Notes under the pieces: generated by a model
Databases searched by the model: none
Seen by the model: only the letters and a program-made list of their open reading frames with translations
Told to the model about the DNA's origin: nothing
Shown here: positions 56,473-64,000 of the stretch, piece after piece
Layout: each line of letters begins with the position of its first letter
Numbering within the stretch: position 1 is the stretch's first letter
Origin: Ascoidea asiatica JCM 7603
Lineage: Eukaryota; Fungi; Ascomycota
NCBI GenBank assembly: GCA_001600695.1
Contig: BCKQ01000023.1
Span: 40,940 to 104,939, forward strand
Length of the DNA stretch: 64,000 nucleotides
Direction of reading: 5' to 3'
Translations under genes and position numbers: made by a program

Positions 56473-57179
56473 TTAATTGAAATGATTTGAATATTGAAAG
56501 AAATAATTTTTAATATGTATTTATAGTAATTATGAATAAATATAGAATAGAAGATATTTAAATTGAATTTAATAGAATAAAATGAACTTCAATAAAAACA
56601 ACAAAATTAAAGAGAATCAAAAGAATATTTATATTATTCTTGAATTCTTTTTTTCGCTCTTTATCAAATTTATCTGATTTTCAATTTGAAAATATAAATG
56701 GAAAAAGTAACGTTAAATCGAAGCCAAGAGAAATTGGTCCCGATTAGTACAAATCAGCAAAACTAGCAATAAATGCAGTGAAGACAGTATCAAAAGTATC
56801 AAAAGTATCATAAGTATCAAATTCATCAGGATTATGAGCTGGAGCCGGTTCTGGAGAAGCAAATTTAAAGTTATGGAAAGCTGTTAAAAGCATTGAAAAT
56901 GCCACACTTTTGGATATGTATTTGAAGTAAAAATAAATAAAAATAAGTAAACTAGAAAAAAAAAAGGATTTGTTCTGATGTCACAAGCCTGGAAACCACA
57001 AAACAGGTAAATTTTTCTATTGAATGTGCAAGAACTTAAGTTTTATATGGCGGTTTTAAGCTCAGCAAAAGAAACAAGAGTTGCTGAATAAGAAAAACAA
57101 AAGACAGTGACATAGATAGGTGCCAAAGAAGCACGTGCGGAGAAGTGGCACCTCGGACTTGGGCCACAAAATGTAGTAC

Positions 57180-57193
57180 CCGGGAGATCCCGG
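57180..57193. promoter_or_regulatory. Palindrome CCGGGA-GA-TCCCGG (CGG-N6-CCG, Ppr1/UaY-type Zn2Cys6 site)
   Basis: Inverted repeat in a GC island ~700 bp upstream of permease copy 2. Confidence 0.4.
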
Positions 57194-58522
57194 TGGAATT
57201 TTCTAGCTCAGGGAAAAATGAACTCATGTCCAGAACAAAATTGCTCCACTTTCCAGAGGTAGGAGCAAGGAAGTGCAGGCTTGCAGAACGGGGAACCTGC
57301 ATTTTACATGCTTTTTTTAACATGACCTATGCAAAATGACATCTGTCACACCAGTCTGCCTTAACAGGAACTGTCTGAGACCCGGATAACAGCTGATTTG
57401 TGTTTGCGGGACACCTTTCAATATTTGAAACACTGCCAAGCATATTGTCGCGGGACCGTGTACTTTTAGCCAAAACTTAGACCTTATCATGCGCACCTCG
57501 TATCTGGACTCGGGGGTGTCCATAGCACTGAAGTAATTTAAGGGGTGTTTAAAAATCTAGAGGGTTCATTCAGCCTGGGCCTATGACGTAGCTGAACATA
57601 AGCAGAGTTATATCAGATGTAGAATTCCAATAGTTTATTTTGTGTCTGGTTCTCAGCTGATGGCCAACAAGCTCTGCCTCTAATTTAGCTTTTGAAAGTG
57701 ATAACATTTTCCCACTTTCTGATCTTCGGCCCGTGAATTTTTACTTTTTTATATATATACAGTATATATACATTTTTTTTTTCTTTTCTTTCTATTCCTC
57801 TCTTAGTTGTTACTCTCATTGATTTTCAATAAATTTCAAGAAACAGCAGGATCGCTGATAAATTTTTTGAGGAGTCCAAAGAATAGTTTTAGTACGGAAT
57901 CATCCTGGCTTCCCCGATCAGAATCACAGTTGAATCTTTTCCACCGCCATGGCCTGAATTAAATTCCAATTTACCACCCACTATGTTAATAATCTCAAAA
58001 GCTTGTATTGAAGAATCGAAAATTTGATTTCATTACTTTTTTTAGTACCGTTAAAAGCTAAAATCTACTTTTGCAAAGAGGGGCATTTTCATTCCGTTTC
58101 AATTTGGGAAATCCTTTTACATTTTCTTTTTACTTTTAAATTATGAATACAAAATCTTAGTATTATCTAAGTAAAAACATATCAATAAAGAATGATAAAG
58201 ATTTTTTTTTTTCGATTTGTTTTTTTATTAATAAAAATTCATTAGAATTAACTAAACTATAGAAAAGAAAAAAAAAGTTTGTAAAATAAATAATAAAAAA
58301 GCATAAAAGAAAGAGAAGTTTAAAAATAAATCAATTCTTAACTGAATAAAATTTGACCGCCAGAATATATATATATGAATAATGAATTATGAATAAGAAA
58401 AACTTGAAATAAAAAAAGGAAATTGAAACAAAAATAATGAAGAATCTGAAATTCACTTCAGATTGAAACTGAAAATGAAATTTAGCTGAAATTAAAAAAA
58501 TTCAATTGAAATTTAAATTCAG

Positions 58523-60166
58523 CTAATGAATGTAAACAAAATATGGACTTTTGTTACCTAATTCCTTTAAATCTTCTGGATTAACATTATCATATTTTCC
58601 ATTGGCAATATCTTCTTTTCTCTTCTTATTTTCAAAATAATAATAAACATTGATAATCAATAAAGATATCATACCTAAAAGAATAAATCCTAATTCTAAT
58701 GAATGTCCCATAATATATTTTGGAGAATCTTGACTTCTGTAGAAATTTGATGCAAATGCACCTCCAAAATTTCCAATTCCAATATGAATGGCCATAGCAA
58801 TTGCTCTTTTATAATCTCCTGCCATATTTATTGCCAACCATGATACAATACCTGGAAATGATGGGTAACATCCACATGTTGCAAAAAAGATTCCTGCATA
58901 AATTGCTCCTGGTTTATCATTAATATTAACTCCAATACAAATCGAATATCCAATAATCATTAAAAACATTGAAAATACTATGAATGGAGATCTAACTTTT
59001 GCTTTATCTGATAAGTATGCTTGTGTAACTGCAATAATAGCTGATGCAACATAAATTGGAACTGTTAATAATTGTGCATGAGCTGATGAATATCCTAATG
59101 TTTTAATAATTGTTGGTAAAAATAATGATATACCATACATTGGACAAACTGCTGCAAAGTAAACTAAAATGTGTAAATAAACTTGCCAATCTGTGAATGC
59201 AGCAATTGTATATTTTTTTGATTTAGTTTTTTCTAACTCTCTATGAGCTTTTAAATCTAAAGTTTTATCTTCTTTTTTATCTTCATTTAATTCATTTGAT
59301 TCAATTAGCTCATTTGTTCCAAATTCTGATCCAGTATGATCTCCATCTCTTCTTAATCTTTCAATAACATAAGCTCTCTCATTTTCAGTTAAAAATTTTG
59401 CAGTATCTGGATAATCATAAAGAAAAAAAAATGAAATTGAAGCAACAACTACTGTTAAAATTCCTTCAAGAATGAAAATCCATTTAAAACCTCTTAAACC
59501 TCCAATTCCATCCATTTTTGCAATACCAAAAGCTAATATTCCACTAAAGGCTCCAGCAATTGTAGCAGCTGCAAAAAACATTGCTTGTCTAAATTGCATT
59601 TCACTTCTACAATACCATTGAGTTAAATAATATGCAACCCCTGGATATAAACCTGCTTCTGCTACACCTAAAAAGAATCTAGCTGCAAATAAACCAGCGA
59701 AATTATGACAAAGACCCATTAAAGTCATTACAATACCCCATGCTACCATTATTGAAGGTAACCAAACTGAAGGTCTTGTTCTTTTTAAAATCATATTTGC
59801 AGGAATTTCAAATACAGTGTATGTGATGAAAAAAATAGTTAAACAAACACTATATTGATTCCCATGTAAATTTAAATCTTCAACCATACCTTCGATTTTT
59901 GCATTACCTATATTACCTCTATCTAAGAATGCTAAAAGATATAAAACTGCTAATACAGGTAATAAATGAAAATCCAATTTTCTTAATAGTTTTTTTTCAT
60001 CAATTTCAGAGAAATCATAACCATCAACAGTTATTGGATAATTTGAATCATTTTTAGTTACACCAGTTACCCCAGTTGAAACTGGAAAAGTTTCAACATT
60101 TGCAGTTGATTCTTTCTTTAAACTTGGATGTTCAGATTCTTTTGGTTCTAATGCTTGAACATTCAT
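58523..60166 (-). CDS. MFS anion:cation symporter family permease (Tna1/Dal5-like), copy 3
   Basis: Same motifs as copies 1 and 2; tandem paralog. Confidence 0.92.
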   Translation of the reverse strand: MNVQALEPKESEHPSLKKESTANVETFPVSTGVTGVTKNDSNYPITVDGYDFSEIDEKKLLRKLDFHLLPVLAVLYLLAFLDRGNIGNAKIEGMVEDLNLHGNQYSVCLTIFFITYTVFEIPANMILKRTRPSVWLPSIMVAWGIVMTLMGLCHNFAGLFAARFFLGVAEAGLYPGVAYYLTQWYCRSEMQFRQAMFFAAATIAGAFSGILAFGIAKMDGIGGLRGFKWIFILEGILTVVVASISFFFLYDYPDTAKFLTENERAYVIERLRRDGDHTGSEFGTNELIESNELNEDKKEDKTLDLKAHRELEKTKSKKYTIAAFTDWQVYLHILVYFAAVCPMYGISLFLPTIIKTLGYSSAHAQLLTVPIYVASAIIAVTQAYLSDKAKVRSPFIVFSMFLMIIGYSICIGVNINDKPGAIYAGIFFATCGCYPSFPGIVSWLAINMAGDYKRAIAMAIHIGIGNFGGAFASNFYRSQDSPKYIMGHSLELGFILLGMISLLIINVYYYFENKKRKEDIANGKYDNVNPEDLKELGNKSPYFVYIH

Positions 60167-61278
60167 TTTGAATTAATATTACTCTAATTAATATATTGAA
60201 TATATATGTATATATATATATATATTTATAACTCGATTAATATGATTATTAAAGGATATATTTATAAATAGATAATGATATAATCTTTTTAATATATAAT
60301 TAATAATTAGTAACTAGTAGTTGATAATTAATAATTGATAATTGATAATTAAATTGAATAAAATTAAATAAAATCAAAATAAATTAATGAATTATAATGG
60401 AAAAAGCAGTAGTATTTATATTATTGAACAAATAAGTAAATCAAAGAAATTGATTACAAATTAATAAAAAACTTTTAGGATTAAATTAAATTTAACAAAG
60501 AAATCAGGAAATCGGGAAATAAAAAAAGTAAAGAAAGTAATAGAAAACATTAGAAAATTTTTGAATATCGGACTTAAGAAAATCAGTAAAATAAAAATAA
60601 TAATCAAACTTGTTTTAGTTAATCAACCGAGATTAAAAATGATAGATGAATTCAGATGCCCACCACGAAATTTAGATTACTTTGATATTTGATATTTGAT
60701 ATTTGAGATTTGAAATAAAAGAGGGACCTGTGTAACAGAAAATATTTTCAGACAAATTGTCTTGTATTGATTAGCAGATAAATAGACAAATAAAACTCAA
60801 AAAAACACCAAAACACCATTTAAAATTGAGTTTTCAAATGGGAAATAAACAAGACATCGGACTTGTACTTAGTAAAAAAAGAATTGGACAAAGGATTGAA
60901 TTATGTTTAATTGTGAAAAATTCGATGTTATCGAGAATAATACATAGTTAAAATAATAAAAAAAACAGCGTTGTTTAGTAGAAGAAGAGAGATAAGCTTA
61001 AATATATCACAGAGTTGTATAAAGACAAAAAGTAAGAATGAACCGAGATTTGAATTATTCCGCTTGGAAAAAGCCAAGACTAAAACCAGGTTGTTCCAGC
61101 CGCGCAGGGTAACGTGGGGCTAGAGCGTGGCTGAACTAGCTCAGGCCTCTGCGATCCGGAACTTTGTTTAGAGTACATTGCTATGAACTATTGAGAACTG
61201 CAGTAGACCCTGATTGTAGTTCGAACGAAATATCTAATTATTACTAAGAATATATATTTAATTCAAATTATAAACAAT

Positions 61279-61698
61279 TGTTAATTAGAATATAAACTAT
61301 ATAAAAATTATATAAAAAATATGGAAGGTAAGTGCCCTATTTATGTTAGTGGAAAATAGGAGCGGGTAACCCATCTTAAGAATAAATTTGTAAATTTAGT
61401 ATGTGAAAGTTCACTTCCCATAATTAAGCAAAGAAATAAAGTAAAGTATTGTTCTAGAAGACACTACGTCATTCAAAGAGCAAACACGAAGATTCCAGTA
61501 CATTGGAGATGCACACAGAACTTTGAAGTAAAAAAAAATAATGCAGACCCAGACCGCTCTAGTACATTTAACATGCACACGGAACTTCTGATAACGCAAT
61601 AGAATGTAGTCTTAGAACAATCTATGCAATCTTAGAAAGTCTAAGAGCTGCGTAGAATATTCGAAGACAATTCCAATAAAAGAATAAACTTATTAACA
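61279..61698 (-). mobile_element. Probable 3' LTR (420 bp) of the Ty3/gypsy element
   Basis: Terminal inverted repeats TGTTAATTAG...CTTATTAACA (9/10 match, TG..CA). On the minus strand it is preceded by a purine-rich, PPT-like AAACGTGGGG just after the integrase end. Confidence 0.6.
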
Positions 61699-64000
61699 AT
61701 CAAATAGCCCCACGTTTATAAAGCAAAGGCCCTTAAGATTTTAGGCAATCTTGATGTATCACCATTTAGTAATGCTTGAGAATAATTGATAAAAGTTTTA
61801 GTTGGATTCTTATTGTCAGTCAACGCAGGAAATAATCTATTACCATTTACTTTATTTTTAATATCAGCACCATTTAAAGTAGAAAATTTGTAAACATTAT
61901 TATCAAAAACCGTTTCACAATTTGTGGACCATAATAATATAATTCTAATTTGTGTTTTCTAACACTTTGTCTTAAAACATAATCACCTACTTCAAAAACT
62001 TTAATAAATGCTTTGTCTTCTTGAAAGTTCGTTTTGGTATCTGCAATGTTCCATTTAATTTTAGAATGTTCCTTTCGTTTTTTATTTAGCCTTGAATTTG
62101 TAAGACTCTTAATTGAGTAGCTGCTTGATCCTCGGCATCTGTAGGTTCTCTTGCATAAGGTTGCATATTATTGCTTGAACCTGAATATACACCAAAAACT
62201 AAAAAGTAAGGTGGAATTATATTTTGACTTTCTTGACCTGTATTGAATTAATGTAGCATTGATAAGGAGGTCCCATTCTGAGGAAACATTCAAATGAAAT
62301 AAAAATTTTTGAATAAACCATTAAACTTCTCACATTTAGCATTAGTCTCAAGTTGATATGGAGAGGTTTTGCGACATTTGATTTCTAAGGAGTCTAATTT
62401 CTCAATAACATTATTTGCAACAAAAGCAGAACCATTATCCATAATTATTTCTTTAATTTGACCATGGTTAGTGAAGATAGTGTAAATTAAATTTAGAACA
62501 TGTAACGAGCCAGTATCTGGTGTTCCAACAGCGTAAGCATAATATGTACCACAATCAATTGCAGTGATACAAAATTTATTTCCAGATGAAGTTTTTTGAA
62601 AAGGACCAATATAATGCATCCCCCATCTTGAGAAGGCTGTTGCAGAAGGAATTGGAGTTAATGTCTTAGAAATAGCTGATGGATTTTTCATAAGCTGACA
62701 ATGAGGAAAACTCTAATAACTTCTTGAAATAATAGAATACTATCAGGATGAAATTATTTTTCATTTACCATGTTTTCTAGATTTCCAATGGAACAGTGAG
62801 CATTTGAAAGATGAACTTTTTCAGAGACTTCCTTAAACTTATCTTCACTTAAAACAATAGCTAAACGATCTTTAATTCTAATATGAAGTTGATTATCATA
62901 GAAAATAAAGTTAGCAAAGATAAATTTAGAACTCATATTTTTAGGAATTTCTTTATTTTGAAAAAATTCTTTAATTCTAATAAGATCGACTTCACACAAA
63001 TCCTTAATTGATTTGATGGTTTTGATCTGAGTTTCAGTTTCATTAAGTTCATCAATTTCCATTAATGTCTCCTTTGCTTTTTCATCAAGCAAATCAGTCC
63101 TTCTTGATAGTAAATCACGAACCACATTTTGTTTTCCAGGCTTGTATTGAATATCAGAATCATAATGTTCAATGATTTCAATGAATTTCCTAACTCTTTT
63201 TCCAGGATCTGATTTAGTTTTAATATATTGAAGAGATTCATGATCGGTTCTAACAATAATTTTGCATCCTTCAATATATTTTTAAAAATGAATCAATGAA
63301 TGAACAACAGCTAAAAGTTCTCTCTCTTGAGCAGAATACTTTTGTTGTGTTTTTGAAAATTTTCTTGATTCAAAAGCAACAGGATATAATTGGATCTTTC
63401 CAGTGTTCTCATTTTTATAGGATTGGAGTAATACACAACATAAAGCAAAGTCAGAAGCATCAGTTTCTAAAATTGCAACTCTCTCAGGATCAAATGCTTT
63501 TAAAACAGGAGCAGTAGTTAATGTTTTTTTCATTGATGTAAAGCATTCAATTAGAGAAGGTTTTAATTCAATTTTTGTTCCTGGTTTAGGAGACCCAACC
63601 AATAAATCTGTAAGTGGAATCATTTGTTGAGAAAAATTTGAGATAAATTTTCGGTAATATGAGCATAAGTTAATGAAACCTCTTATATCACTAATTGATT
63701 TTGGTAATGGCCAATTTAAGATTTTCTCGATCTTTGAAGGATCAGTTTTGATTCCTTCTGAGGAAACAATATGTCCTAAAAATCTAACTTCTTTGCAAAA
63801 GAATTTTGACTTCTTCACATTTGATTGAAGTTTTTCTTTTTCAAGTTGAGTAAGGACCTCATTAACTTGATCAATATGATCTGCTTTATTATGGCTGTAA
63901 ATAATTATATCATCAACATAAACCATAACATAAGGTAGGTGGCCTAAAATTTTCATCATAAATGATTGAAAGGTATAAGTACCATTGACTAAACCAAAAG
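61699..64000 (-). mobile_element. Decayed Ty3/gypsy retrotransposon pol (RT-RNaseH-integrase), continuing past the right edge
   Basis: RT FGLVN...YVDD, FLGH; RNase H ETDASD, ERELLAVV, RTDHESL; integrase IMDNG, KCEKFNG, GPY/F-like FEVGDYV. RT-RH-IN order indicates gypsy. Stops and frameshifts present. Confidence 0.93.

Overview
A very AT-rich eukaryotic window from a budding yeast (Saccharomycotina) chromosome. Genes appear intronless and many proteins are poly-Asn rich; the style recalls Ascoidea, but that is inference only. Left to right: a SREBP/Cph2-like bHLH gene (running off the left edge), SAM35, PDR16-like Sec14 protein, a bacterial-type DUF2075 (Schlafen group 3-like) helicase with an apparent mitochondrial presequence, LEU4, SAD1, an ECM3/PIN-like transporter, tRNA-Phe, two divergent secreted pepsin-fold proteins lacking intact catalytic motifs, D-amino acid oxidase, tRNA-Ile, RBP95/YCR016W, tRNA-His, CCE1, a 53-aa Cys-rich ORF missed by the ORF track, CAND1, a two-RRM Hrp1/Musashi-like gene, a 5.7-kb ORF-free gap, two tandem Ulp2-like SUMO proteases, UBP8, three tandem TNA1/DAL5-family MFS permeases showing gene-conversion-like tracts, and a decayed Ty3/gypsy element with a probable 420-bp 3' LTR. 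The best novelty candidates are the DUF2075 helicase, the head-to-head aspartic pseudoprotease pair and the small zinc-ribbon-like protein. All identifications come from motif recognition; no database search was run.
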